In this document: piece by piece, positions 45,554 through 57,288 of the stretch
How positions within the stretch are numbered: position 1 is the first letter of the stretch
How the letters are laid out: every line of letters starts with the position of its first letter
From: Dudresnaya verticillata
Taxonomy: Eukaryota
Reading direction: 5' to 3'
Length of the DNA stretch: 64,000 nt
Assembly (NCBI GenBank): GCA_977862235.1
Contig: OZ374566.1
Coordinates: forward strand, 496,001 to 560,000
Position numbers and translations under genes: made by a program
The notes under the pieces: model-generated
Database searches by the model: none
The model's input: the letters and a program-made list of their open reading frames with translations, nothing else
Told to the model about the DNA's origin: nothing

Positions 45554-47280
45554 CTATACCCTCGTTGCCGAGTAAGTCACTCCATCGGAAAGTTTTCTGA
45601 ACCTGTACGGTTTTCTTGAGAATGACATGCAACTGGTTATTCGCCGTCGTGCTTCTTTGATGTCGCCAGCAAGTGTTGGGACCCTCTCCACAAATTCTTT
45701 GACAATTGCATCAATTGGTGCTTGATTGTTGTGTTTCCAGATGATGTCCGCAATCTGTGGGGCCAGGTTATCACTGGGGTCAGCGCCTGCAACGCCATTC
45801 TGATCAGTTTGATTTTTAAGCGCCGATCGTTCGTTCGGAGTTTGCTTCTTCTTTCTTTTCTTTGAAATAGTCTTGTCTTCGATCGCGCTAGAACCAGGTT
45901 TGTTTGTAACGTTGAGCGGCTCGCCTGGGAGTAACTTTCTGTTTGGATGCATCTGATTGAGAAGCTTTGCAAATCTTCCCTTTCCACGCTTTCCGCCCTT
46001 TTCCATCATCGACTCAAGGTACTTAATTTCAACTCGGTCATCACTAATCTTCTTCTCGCGACGGGAAGCTTGCTGGCTTAGCTCAGGTCCTATTTTCTTT
46101 AACAAAGAGCTGCATGGGCGGGGCGCAATTCAGTCCGGTTAAAAGAAGACACGGAAAGGTAAGAGACCTGGTTAGCATCGCTTGCGTTCACGTTGAGGGT
46201 ATCGCGAAACCAATTCCGCCCGTTGTGACGGAGTGAAGAAGATATAGTACCTCTTCAAAGCGGAAGTGGCGGCATTGACATTCCGCAAATGCCAGTGAGC
46301 CTGTCAACACGCGAGTAAGTAAAGGTCATTTGTATTCGGTATTTCGAACGAGTGGTCAGTGCATTCCGGTCAGGCAAAGTTACAAGCACGACTGTGCAAA
46401 CGTGTAAAGGACAAAACCCAAGGTCGCTCTGGTACCGTACCAATCGAATATCAGTCAAAATCTCGTCGCTAGCCTCGGGGTCCAGCAAGCCGCGTTCCTG
46501 CAACTCAACACGAATTCGGTCTTCTAATACTTCGCTGAATTCTTTCATTGCCTGAGGGTTGCCCCCAATCCACGTATCTTCCACAGCTATGCCAGAGCGA
46601 ACGTTTTTAGCCGCGTTGGCCTGTCCCCGGCCTTCGTCCAAGAAGGCCGCAGTCAAACGTTGCACAAGTGGGTAACACTGAACTCGGCCGAGAACTTCGT
46701 CAGTTGGAGAAGCCCGTTCCGCGTCACTAGGCGTACGTGTGCCTCGATGTGGGATCACTGGCGTATCCACAGGGGTCGGTTCGAGCTCCTGAACATCTTC
46801 AATAGTTATCGGCTTAAAATGCTATGGCGCATTGAAAGATCGAGAGGGTTTGGGATGAGGGTGCATCATAGCGGTGTCGACGTGGGCATGCGTCGTGCCA
46901 GACAGAAAGGGCAACGAGAGGGGGAGAAAGAGCGGAAGAGTCAGATCCACGTCCTGTCTTCACTCGAGTAAAACTATTTTCCAGAAAATTTTGGCACATT
47001 GCCACGGAATGTAACGGCAGCCGCCAGAAACGTTGGTGCTCGGTCGGTTCGCAACCCCCGCTGAGGAAGCCAAACACGCATCCCTCGCCTCAATGCATCG
47101 CCAGCGGTCGCAGGGCCGCGCGATGCTCGGCGATGGCAACGCACGCAGTACAAGAAAGTTGCAAATACGTACGGGCTCGATGTGATACCAGAAGAGGTCC
47201 TGCGTGCCGTGCACGAGGGGGTCGTGCGCCTCACGAGGCAAGAGCGTCCCGGGCGGGAGCGCCGGCGCGTACAGCTTCAT
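45554..47280 (-). CDS. ADA3: ADA3/NGG1 SAGA HAT-module subunit, spliced (exons 47173-47280+, 46441-46821, 46251-46300, 45554-46109)
   Basis: Manual splicing gives FWYHIEP|HFKPITIEDVQEL...YPLVQRLTAAFLDE...LEDRIRVELQERGLL...DEILTDIRL|AHWHLRNVNAATSALKS|SLLKKI. All three junctions are GT-AG and frame-consistent. The true start may be further upstream (about 47508). Confidence 0.8.
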
Positions 47281-50273
47281 GACGCCAGCGCACAAGTGCG
47301 CGCGAGATCCACTTCGCACAGCGCACTATGAGCGCGCGCTTGTGCAATGATAAACACACGGCCGAGGCGGGGTGGTCGCCGTGCTACGGCAGACAGGGGA
47401 GCGCGCACTCGAAGGGAGGCGTTCGTTCCGGCGATGGAGTTGCCGTTTCGCAGACTTGCGTTTCGGTCTCGACCTTGGCCCGGGCAGACCTCCTCTATTT
47501 ACCGCCATTTTCAAATCACTTCAATCTGCCATAATTTTCAGTTCCTTTTGAGATCCTCGCCAAACAGATTTTTGCGAATATTTTCTCTCCGGTGCTCGTT
47601 ATATGCGGAAATTATCTCGTATGGCTGTTTCTAATTGGATATTTTTCAGAAACGTTGCCAAGCTTTGCCCGGGTGCAGCACATTGTCGACACACACCGCT
47701 TATCGGTCGCAGACTACAGTAGCACTGTCACCACCAATTGGCGTTTCCATATTGTTACAGTGCAATCCGAAGTGACAGAAAAGCAACGAATGGGCGCGGC
47801 ACGTTTTATGGACCGCTGTGTCCGACGTGGGCGATAGAATTAAGGTGTTGAAGTCTATATTGTATGTAGTCAAGATTCTCGTACGATCTTGAGCTAGTTG
47901 TGCAAAGCCCGAGCAAACGGCACGGGCTAGCCGGGCCCAGAGCCCGGATACACCTGCATTGGGTTGGGGTTGGTAAGCTCAACTCAGTCATCAGCGGCTG
48001 GCCGACAGAAACGTATCGCGGCCTAGTTCCAACATTTTCATGAGAACCCTTTCGCAGCATGTCGTGCAGGGTCAGCAAACGAAGAGCATTGGTCGCCAGA
48101 TACCTAGCATACCAATCCCTCATCAAGCTGTGTGGAACTCATAGGAACGACTCCGCACTGTGTGTCTGTGGGACACCTCTCCCTGGGTGCATTTGGCACT
48201 GGGTCTGTGAGTCCAGGCGAGCACACGTCAACGAAGCAGCGCCACACGAAGTTCTCATATCACCTGCAATGCCGCAGAGATGATGCAGAAGGGTCGTCAC
48301 AGGAGTTTCCTGAGGCCAACCCCTCGATGTTGTGAAAGGTGGACTCGTTCCAGAGCTATGAACGGAGCACAATTGGGTACCTGTATCATGCCCAGGAATT
48401 TCCGGAACATAACATGTACCTTCCATTGAAGCTGCTCATGAAATGAGACACAAAACGAGTAGCTTGTTCCCCATAGCTGCAATTTGACACTACCCTTTGT
48501 CTCCTTGGAAGAAACAAGTCTCATGGTCTCTGCACCAATCAGCAGCAATCAGGTCACTTTACTATTGCAGTTCTGCTCTGATGTGCTCGTTTCAGGAAAC
48601 CAATAGACGGTTTCGTTCGTGCCGACAGCGGTTATAAGTAGTACCCTAAAAAGTGGCGGAGGACATGATGGTAGCTATGTCCTCACCATTCCCCTCAAGA
48701 AAACTTCGAAAATACAGTAGTCGGCTTCCCACAACGTACAAGGAAAGGTACAAGCACGATAAATTTCACCTCTTCTCTCGGATAGGGCACTAACAGTACA
48801 GATGAGGTACTGGCAGAACGTTTTATTTTCGTGACTTTGAAAGTGGCCGTTGTTTATTATTTCCCGAGCATACCTCAGCCCTCGCGAAATGAACTGAAGC
48901 CGAGCCACTGAAGCGGACCAATGTACTTTTTCTGCGAGATGCGTTACTGTCTAACGCAAGATGAGGAGCAGCACTTTACAGTCCTTCATGCAAAGCAGCT
49001 TGCCATTTAAAAGTTGTGATCTGTATCCCGTCGAAGAACTTTATGGTTGGTCCAGTAGATTTCTCCATCCTCATACGACTCAGAACAAGAAAGAGTAGGT
49101 CCCAGAGCATTTATTCCCGAAATTCACCGACACGTTCTGCACCCTTTCCGAGCATGAGAAATTACATGACGGACTTGCTCTTAAGGAAGCCTGCAGAGCT
49201 CATAGACAGAGTCTGCTCGTTCTGCAAACGTTCTGCAAAAATGAAACAATGGCAGATGTTCCGTAGGATTCTAATGCCATCTTCGCCACTTGTTGGATGT
49301 GCGACGCGAGTTTCTGGCTTTCCTCGAGAAGGAATGGGTGTGTGTGGATGCTCCGCATCGTCCTCTTTGGCCGAGGGCCAGCAATTCAAGGTGCGTACCA
49401 TGCAAGATAGATAGGATGCCGTCTACGGTTGCATATTTACTACGTACAGCAATAGGTACTCCCATTGCACCGCTCACCGCTCACGATGCTGACAGCCAGC
49501 AGGCAGTGCGGTACGAAGTCCACGAAACCAGTTCAGTAGTGTTCAAGTAGACACGCGTTGCACAGAGCTGTAGAGCAAAGACATTGCCAACGGCTTGCTC
49601 TCAAGTTGCTTGTGCGCCAGAACAAGGACAGCAGAGTCTCGCGATTTTGGGGGCACGGTACAGTAACATGTTTATAACATGTTATCTGTAGAGAAAGTTG
49701 CTTCCACAGCGCGCCGCCAACGCTGAGCAATAAAGTCAACGGCGATCGGGTCGAGTTTACAGAAGGATGCTCCAAATTTGCCCACCGTTGCAGCACCCCC
49801 CACTCGCGTGGCGCATGCAAACTGATGCGCCTATCACAAAACTGTACTCTCGTAGCCGCGCACGCACTGTCGAACGCTCAAACGCACCACTCCGGACTTT
49901 CACGAGGGTTTTGCAGGTTTCGGTCCGACTTTCGATGCATGTCGTGTTATTGCCTGGGCCAGCACATACGGTATTTACAATCAGCAGAACGGCGACTACT
50001 CATCAGTGAGGAATGCAGTCTGTTCATGAGTTTGTTAGCATAGGTGGTGACTGAAGCTCTCTGCGTTCGGGACTGAAAGGCACAACACTGAAGGGTAGGC
50101 GGGGGGGAGGGAAAATGGGGATATGGTTGGGGCGGAATCTTGGGCCAGCAGGCTGCAGCTCGAAAAAGGAAACTGCCGGAGAGCTTTACCCCCTTTGCAA
50201 GCAGATAGAGTACATTCTAAAAATACAACAACAACAAGCAGGCAGACCTCCCAGCCACTACGGCAGGCGGCAT

Positions 50274-50729
50274 CTAGAAGTCGAAGGGGTCCTTGTCGGC
50301 GCGCGTGGCGGCAATCGACTTCTTGTCCGACTCAAAGGTGGGGAGGTTCTTCTCGTGCCAGACCGTGCCCAGCTGGGTGAGGTGGGCGTTGGTGAGCTCG
50401 GTGAGCGAGGTGAGGACGGGGGTGGGCGAGCGGCGCAGCTTGCCACCCGTGCGGTTCGCGGGGGTCGGGCCGGCGCTGTAGCGCGCAGCCTTCGGCGTGG
50501 ACGCGTCCACAATGACCTCGACCGGGCCGAAGGCCAGCTCCTTCTTGGAGCGCGGGGCCGGCGGCGGCCCTGCGCGCGGGCGGCTCGGGCGCCTGGCCTT
50601 CGGCGCGGCCGGCTTGGACGACGCCGAAGTGGGCTTGGAAGACGGCTTGGACGACGTCGATTTGGACGACGACGTCTTGGACGACTTGCTAGACGTCTTC
50701 GACGACGACTGGTTATGCTTCTGCGGCAT
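50274..50729 (-). CDS. Small S/K-rich basic protein (151 aa), unknown function
   Basis: ACCATG start context, strong G/C third-position bias, SSK repeats, ends DPFDF*. Confidence 0.65.
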   Translation of the reverse strand: MPQKHNQSSSKTSSKSSKTSSSKSTSSKPSSKPTSASSKPAAPKARRPSRPRAGPPPAPRSKKELAFGPVEVIVDASTPKAARYSAGPTPANRTGGKLRRSPTPVLTSLTELTNAHLTQLGTVWHEKNLPTFESDKKSIAATRADKDPFDF

Positions 50730-50749
50730 GGTGGTGCAGCAGGGTGGGG

Positions 50750-52400
50750 GACGCGGGGGTTGGTTGGGCGCGAGACGGGGCGCGCGTGGAGCGATTGATG
50801 CGGGTCTGACTGGGTGCCGCGGCGCGTGTGCAGGGGGTGCGTGGGTGCGGACTGCGGCGGCAGGGCGGGAAGCGGGGGTGTTCCAGGGGAGGACTTCTGG
50901 CTTGGTGGGACTCTCGCAGCTGGCGGGCGAGCGGGTCGGGCGGGACGGAAATAGGGTCGCGGCTGGGGCGCGGTGCACACAGCGCGGGCGCGCCGCGGCA
51001 GCGGAGGTGCCGCGCGAGGCGGTCGGCGGCGGCGACACGGGGCGCGCGGCTTACAGAAGCGGTGTTACAAATTCGGCGTGGCGCTTCGGGCCATGACGAA
51101 TTGGAAAACGGACAGGTGTAAGGGCCGCGCGAGCGACGTCGCGCGACAGCGCCCGCCGCCGGCGCTGCACTGGCACACACTGGCGGCGAGCGGCGGCACT
51201 GCGCGCAGAAGCCGCTCTGCCGCGGCACGGCACACGCGCCCGGGACAAGATCACCCCCCGCCGCCGCGCCGACACGGCTAGCACGCCACCCGCCACCCGC
51301 CACCCGCACGCACGCACCCCCCGACACGCGTCCGCGCGCGCGCGGACACGCACTTCGACGCGCTGTTGCTGCCCTGCGCGCCCGCGCGTGGCGTCTGCGC
51401 CGGGCCTGTCTGTCAGCCTGCGATCACGCCGCGGGCAGGCCGCGCGCGTTCGCGCGCGCGCTGGAATGCTTGTGGACAGGAACCGCCGCGCGCGGAACGC
51501 GAAGCCCGCCGTGGAATTGATCGCCGCGCAGGCCCGGCGCAGACGCGCCCGGCTCGGCCCTGCCTACCCCTTGTGATTACGCCCGTGCGCGCGCCGCGGC
51601 GCGCACGCTCACTCCGTTGCATTCGGAAAGAGCCTGACGCGGCGACGTGCTGCGCGCGCGCGCCGCCCGCGACAACGGACCGCGGCGGCGCGCAAGGCGC
51701 GGCGGGGAGGCGCGCGCGAGTGTCGCAGATTGCGCGAGACTACGCGACGCGGCGGCGCAGCAGTGCGATGTGCGCGCTGTTGGCACTGTGTACCGGCGCG
51801 CGCGAGCGCAGGGCGGCGGGTCACATACGGCAGCAACAAGCGCAGGCTGTCAAGTGCAACGGCGCTGCAGCAGGCAGCTGCTGTCGGGGCTTGAGGCGCC
51901 GCGCAACAGCGGCGACGGCTGTCGACGCAGCTGTTGGTGTACGACACTGTCGGCGAGCGCGCGCCCGGCGTTCGTTTGGGCGTGTCTGTGTCTGTGTCTG
52001 TGTCTGTTCGTGCGCGAGTCGGTGTGGCGTGCGTGTGGGCGTGCAGCCGGGCGGGGGCGGGGGCGTGCGGGTGACGGCTGACGGGGCGGGTCGGGGCGTG
52101 TGTGTGCGTAGAGAGTAGTGTGCGGGCCGGCGGGCGGGCGCTGCGCGGCGCGGGCTGCGTTTTAGTCTGGCGCTGCACGGCACGCGCGCGCAGCGGCGCG
52201 GTGGCGGATTGCGGCGACTGCGGCAACACGCGTTGTTGCTGCGTTAGTGTAGCAATTGGAGCGCGCCTTCCAGGCTCTTGCGCGGGCGTCGTCGCGGCTC
52301 GCCGTATTTCAACATCGCCTGCACCAAAGTGCGGATACGGACGCGGTGTTGTTGTGCAGCTCAGCTGTTTACCTTAGCGCGAGTGCTACGCGATTATACC
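50750..52400. promoter_or_regulatory. Extremely GC/CpG-rich non-coding region upstream of the small basic protein gene
   Basis: Dense CGCG/GCGC runs; ORFs in all frames translate to low-complexity R/A/G/P. Confidence 0.4.
51982..52007. repeat. (GTGTCT)4 hexanucleotide repeat
   Basis: GTGTCT x4 plus GT. Confidence 0.9.
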
Positions 52401-54030
52401 GCGGCGGCGGCCTTTTTGTTTTTCGGTTCGGCAATACCGCAGGAGCATAAAGTTTTATCTGAATAATAGTGAAATGAATAAACAATAACGTTCTTCGCCA
52501 TCATGACTATAATTGCATGTGCTCGTGCTTGCTGCAGCAGCCAGATTCTCTCCGCAGTATAATAAAACCTGGCAGCGCCTTGCTCACGCCCGTCGGAAAA
52601 ACTCCGGCCGTGACCCAGTTCCCGCGCGGGCGGGGGAGCTCATCCCAACGCCGCCGAGCTCAAAGGCGAAAAGCCACCGACAGGGGTACATTCTGTATGT
52701 GCATTTGACTCCAGATCTTACAGACGCCGCGTTCCAATACAGCCGCGGCTGCCGCAGCCTTGCCGCAGCAGCAGGAGCAGCGCGGCTGGAACATGCACGT
52801 CCATGCTCCAAATCGCGACCAGCGCGTCGCGTCGCGTGATCTGATCAGCCAGCCGGACCCTTCCCGTCCCGTCGCGTCTCTCTCGGATCGGATGCAGGAC
52901 CCGCCCTTTTTTTAATGCTAATTCTTGTACCGCGTGAGTGTCGAGCACACTGTCATCCTCGCCGAGTGCCGCTCATATCCAGGGCTCCAAGGGCGACAAG
53001 CCCAAAGGGAGGTGTTGTTTCTGGTGAACAATTTCAGGCCCATTTAGGCCGGCGACTCGAGCGACAATTTGTTATCATAACGAGGTGGAGCGCCAAGTGA
53101 GCCGTCCCTCTTGATTTCAGATTCTCGTGTTGTGGTTGGTGCAGGTTCAATATGGGGCGGCACCCCCCGCGCCGCGCCGGCCACCAGCCAACGGGGCGTG
53201 AGCCACGGCACTGCTTGTTCTCGCACCTGCAATTTGCACTTGATTATTCCCTACATGCCACGCCCATCCACACACCCATGCGCCACTCGCCCACCAGCAG
53301 ACCCTCTTGCTCCCGCGTTGTAATGAAGGACAAATCTCGCCTTGCTGAAAAACTCTCTGGGAGATCCTTCTTCATCCTACCCCGGCCTTCTCCAAGCGCA
53401 GAGCGCTTGCGCAGGGCACGAGCAAGAGCAGTAGTTGTAATAATGGGCACACTGCTCCCGCAGGCAAGACGCGCCTGCGCCTTCCAGTCATGCGTGCGAA
53501 GATCATCGGTGGCAACCGCATCGAGCACAGTCCCGCACACCATCATGCGCACGCCCTACTGTTCAGTAGTGTCTAGAGAATTCGACATTTGTGGAAAAGC
53601 TATTCCTGCCAACACCCAATGGTACCCTGCTGTTGCAACAACTTTTCCCGATTCACCTCCCACTTACCACAACAGATTGCGTTTCACCCTCGTTTACCAC
53701 AAAATTGGTGGACCTTGTCACTCCCCTTGGTGCAAAATAGCGTAAAGTTTTTCTGTACCGCGTAAACACGGCATGACACTCGCCCTCCCCACAATGCTGT
53801 GGACCATATGGCCAGAAGTGGAACTGATTCCTGCTACGGTAGTAATGTTTTCCCTTCCGGAAGACACCACAGCAAATCTGCCTTGCGGTACTACCCAATA
53901 TGCCCTCTGCGCGTACATCCTCTAAGAGGATTCCCCTTTCACCATAAGACACCCCTGCGTGTTTCCACACGTATATCGCAGTGGTAAGCCTCTCTTCTTT
54001 GTCCGGCAATGTCCCGAGCATACTCTACAT

Positions 54031-54771
54031 TTACACGTTGCTCTCATGATTTCCCCCTTTTTTAGATGAGGCGCTGTCAACCACCTTCATCTCCGCAGTA
54101 CAAACATCTTCTTCTCGCCACTGCCGCCCAGCTTTCATCGCATTCCACACCAGACCGGCAACCACGCACGAAAATAGGCCCAACACGCCCCCAGCCACAG
54201 CCGTCCATGCAAAAGCCCGCGTCCGCCTGACAACGAACGCTTGCAACTCGCCAAATCCAGTAATTGCCGCAAGAAAAACAGCTGTAAGAGCCGCAACCCC
54301 AACACGTCGATGCAGGCTACCAGAAAACTCACCCACCTTCCATCCAGGTAACGCCATGGCGAGCAGCCCTCCGACAAGGTTACTCTTAAGAAGCCCAATA
54401 CCCACAATTCCTATCCAGCTATGCAGCGAATAAAAGTTGGCAAGCCCTTGCTGAACATGCGAAGTATATGCGATCCCAATAGCCACGTTTGCAACAACAA
54501 ACCCCACGCAAAGAACGCCCACATGTAGCCACTTGGTATATATGCGGACCACACCCACAAGCGGTCTTTCTGCCGTGGACCATCGCAAAACCCCCTGTGG
54601 GAGTAGCACAAGCGCCGTGAAGCTCATCAGTACCGGGTGCCAATTGAAGAGTGTGTTTCCCGTACGCCCTAGTCCTCCCAGCCCGAATACTGCCCATAGA
54701 GTTACTCCAGTCGCAGTCAGCAAAGAGAGCGGTAGCAACGTCCAGCGAGCCACATTGATCCCAGAGGTCAT
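54031..54771 (-). CDS. Cytochrome b561 family transmembrane ascorbate-dependent reductase
   Basis: FNWHPVLM, KWLH, NFYSLHSWIG and LHRRVG give four heme-ligand His; about 6 TM helices. Confidence 0.92.
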   Translation of the reverse strand: MTSGINVARWTLLPLSLLTATGVTLWAVFGLGGLGRTGNTLFNWHPVLMSFTALVLLPQGVLRWSTAERPLVGVVRIYTKWLHVGVLCVGFVVANVAIGIAYTSHVQQGLANFYSLHSWIGIVGIGLLKSNLVGGLLAMALPGWKVGEFSGSLHRRVGVAALTAVFLAAITGFGELQAFVVRRTRAFAWTAVAGGVLGLFSCVVAGLVWNAMKAGRQWREEDVCTAEMKVVDSASSKKGGNHESNV

Positions 54772-55097
54772 GGCAAAGAACTCCGAAGCGCTCGGTCATC
54801 GACCTGGGGTTCCGCGATTGCGTGGGAGAGTGGAAGCGTGCCTTTCTCTCTCTTGAAATCTCGTGTTTTGAATCACAACACAGGATGGGTTGGAAGAGGA
54901 AGTTCGCGTCTGTTTCATGAGCAGCGGGAAACGACAGACCAAGGGGAAGAGCGTATCCCGTACCTGAAAGGTCGCCTCATCAGCAGGAGCAAAATTTTAA
55001 TGCAGGCAAGCTCTCCAAAATGCATCCGCCGTGAGCGATGATCAACGCGTGCATGCCAGCACCAGAGTGCAGGAGCGGCCACAGTAGACAGCAGACT

Positions 55098-55610
55098 TCA
55101 AGACATTTCGAATTGCAAATCGCCTGTAGCGAACGGGTTGGCATGAATGGTGACGCGGATGACCTTTATGTCGTCCTTCGGGCGACCTTGGTCAGCTTCA
55201 GCATTAGAAATCGCAGCCACAACTGGCTGGCCGTGAATAACACGCCCGAAAATAGTGCAGGTGCCGTCCACGTGCGGAGCTTCGGACGCGGTGATGAAAA
55301 ACTGACTACCGACGCCCTTGCGACTTGGACGTCCGTTGTTCGCGAAAGCCACGACGCCGGGCTTGCTGAAGGTCAGCGAGGGAACCACTTCGTCTGGTAA
55401 GCGCTTTGCGAACGCTGCTCGAGAAGTCTTGCCGGTCCCGGTTGGGTCTCCTGCTTGTGCCATGAAGCCCGGGGATACGCGGTGGAAGACGGTCCCGTCG
55501 TAGGAGCCGGAAGCACACAGAGCGAGAAAGTTGGCACTTGAACGTGGAACTGCAGCGCAGTGAAGCTCGAGCTTCACATCTCCCAGGGTTGTGTGTAGCG
55601 TCACGCTCAT
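55098..55610 (-). CDS. Cyclophilin-type PPIase, PPIL3-like
   Basis: MSVTLHTTLGDVKLEL, NFLALCASGSYDGTVFHR, QAGDPTGTGK, GSQFFIT, TIFGRVIHG and C-terminal VTIHANPFA. Confidence 0.92.
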   Translation of the reverse strand: MSVTLHTTLGDVKLELHCAAVPRSSANFLALCASGSYDGTVFHRVSPGFMAQAGDPTGTGKTSRAAFAKRLPDEVVPSLTFSKPGVVAFANNGRPSRKGVGSQFFITASEAPHVDGTCTIFGRVIHGQPVVAAISNAEADQGRPKDDIKVIRVTIHANPFATGDLQFEMS

Positions 55611-56083
55611 GCCTAGGCTCACGCGATGCAGAGCCCGCCCAGTTTTTCTCCCGACACCGTTGCTTTTTCCCAGCTGTTGCTTGCGCTGAAAAAGAGTGCA
55701 AGCCCGATGCTTTCGTTTCGATGAGTGTGGGTAGCCGGATTAGTAGCCGGGCCAAGATTCACTGTTGTCCACGTGTTCTCCGTGGAAAATGGCAACCAAT
55801 AATAATCACGAGAGAGAAACTCGCTTGTCATGGCGAGCCAGTGGCACTGCGCCACCAGGCTGGTCCTGTGCGGGTGGACAGATGCGATGCGCTTTGGATA
55901 TTGGGGCGACCGCTGCGTTTCGTGGTGCGTGTGTATGAGCGTGTTTTCGCCCGCGGCGCGTTCCCCGGCCCTCTTCACCATTCCGCAGGCGCGCAAGCGA
56001 AGAGGACGGCGCTGAAAACAGCGCCCCCTGCACATCTCGTCTGTTGCCGTGCTCTCGCCCGCGCCCCCCGCCGCAACCGCAAT

Positions 56084-56554
56084 ATGGGCGTGTCGTGGTC
56101 GTCCGTGTCGGACTGCCTGGGTTCCATCTCGGACGGCGGTGCGCATGCGCGCTACAGCCGCGTCCCGCCGAGCCACCGCGTGGGCTCCAGCGGCACTGTT
56201 ACTGCGCGCCATGCAGAGCGCAGCGCCCTACGCCAGCGCTCCGCCACACCGCCCGAGGAGAAGCTCGCACATTGTGCTGTCGCCAGTCAAGGTGCTGCCA
56301 TCGCCCCGCCGCCGCCGCCGCTCGTACCGGACTCGAACGCTGTGTACAACTTGCTGGAGGATGAGAACGAGGACGTCTGCCCAACCTGCTTGGAGTGCTA
56401 TTCGGATGACAACCCGAAGATTACGTCGACATGCGGACATTCGTTTCACTTGCAATGCATCGTCGCTTGGGAAACGAGAAGCGGAAGCAGGTTTTGCCCT
56501 ATCTGCGCAAAGGTGATGGATTATGTGGAGGCGGAACAGTTTCGTGCTTCATGA
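56084..56554 (+). CDS. RING-H2 E3 ubiquitin ligase with putative N-myristoylation (MGVSWS)
   Basis: EDVCPTCLECYSDDNPKITSTCGHSFHLQCIVAWETRS...CPIC; MGxxxS N-terminus. Confidence 0.88.
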   Translation: MGVSWSSVSDCLGSISDGGAHARYSRVPPSHRVGSSGTVTARHAERSALRQRSATPPEEKLAHCAVASQGAAIAPPPPPLVPDSNAVYNLLEDENEDVCPTCLECYSDDNPKITSTCGHSFHLQCIVAWETRSGSRFCPICAKVMDYVEAEQFRAS

Positions 56555-57288
56555 ACGATGCTAGCAGCCCGACAGTATTGCTCACTGTTGGAGCTCAGGA
56601 ATATTGGTGAACGCTTGGAGACCAGATGCTCGATAACGCCGAGTATATGTGAGATTTCAGCGGAAGAGGTGGTGAGATGGATGGGGTTGGTTTGACGGTG
56701 GTATATGCGGATTGTATTTGTAGTTGTCCTTTTGAGATGCTGTGCCCGTTTATTAGATAGCTCTTCATCGCGCGTGTATATAGCTTTAAATGCTTCCGTT
56801 CCGGTTGCTTGACTGTTGATGAGCACTCATGCTGAGTGCTGTCCTTGTCCTCAGCAAGCCACGGTACGCATGGATTTGCTCGAACTATTGCTTCACCCAT
56901 GCTTATTCAGCTGATGCCACCCAAATTGGTTTGTCTCACATTCGCCTTCCGCATCAGAAGCTTTATTGCGCTCATTAAGCTCATTAAGCTCAAGCTCGCT
57001 TGTGCTATAAAGGGGTCAGCTTGTTCAGCTGCAGAGAAGACAGCAAGACGGAAGGGAGTGGAGCCATGAAAATCTCGGTGCCGTGAGCGAAAAAATATCT
57101 GCGGCATCGGTGCATTCGCATCCCGTTGCAAATAGTCTAGCGCACGGGACTCTAGTTTTGAGTCAAGGCTTTTCGCTTGGCAGAAATTTGTGGCTTGCAT
57201 TGAAGACCACACACGCAACTTGTCGTCGATCTGTCCTGCGCGGGTCTGTGGCTCCGGCTTCGAGCTCGAAATTCGAGGCCACGCCGCA

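Noticed and set aside
48000..50000. Short ORF fragments suggestive of a decayed gene or transposon (similarly 16300-17700, 19800-21300, 25850-26600, 32100-33200)
   Set aside because: No recognisable protein motif by eye; cannot be supported without tblastx or a repeat search.
51051..52377. Multiple 100-250 aa ORFs on both strands
   Set aside because: A by-product of extreme GC content; R/A/G/P-rich in every frame.
55538..56083. Long N-terminal extension of the RING-H2 ORF (and similar non-ATG extensions on the PPK1, SLX4-like, TAP42 and Lon-N ORFs)
   Set aside because: Begins at a non-ATG codon, overlaps the divergent cyclophilin gene, and the MGVSWS start fits the family.
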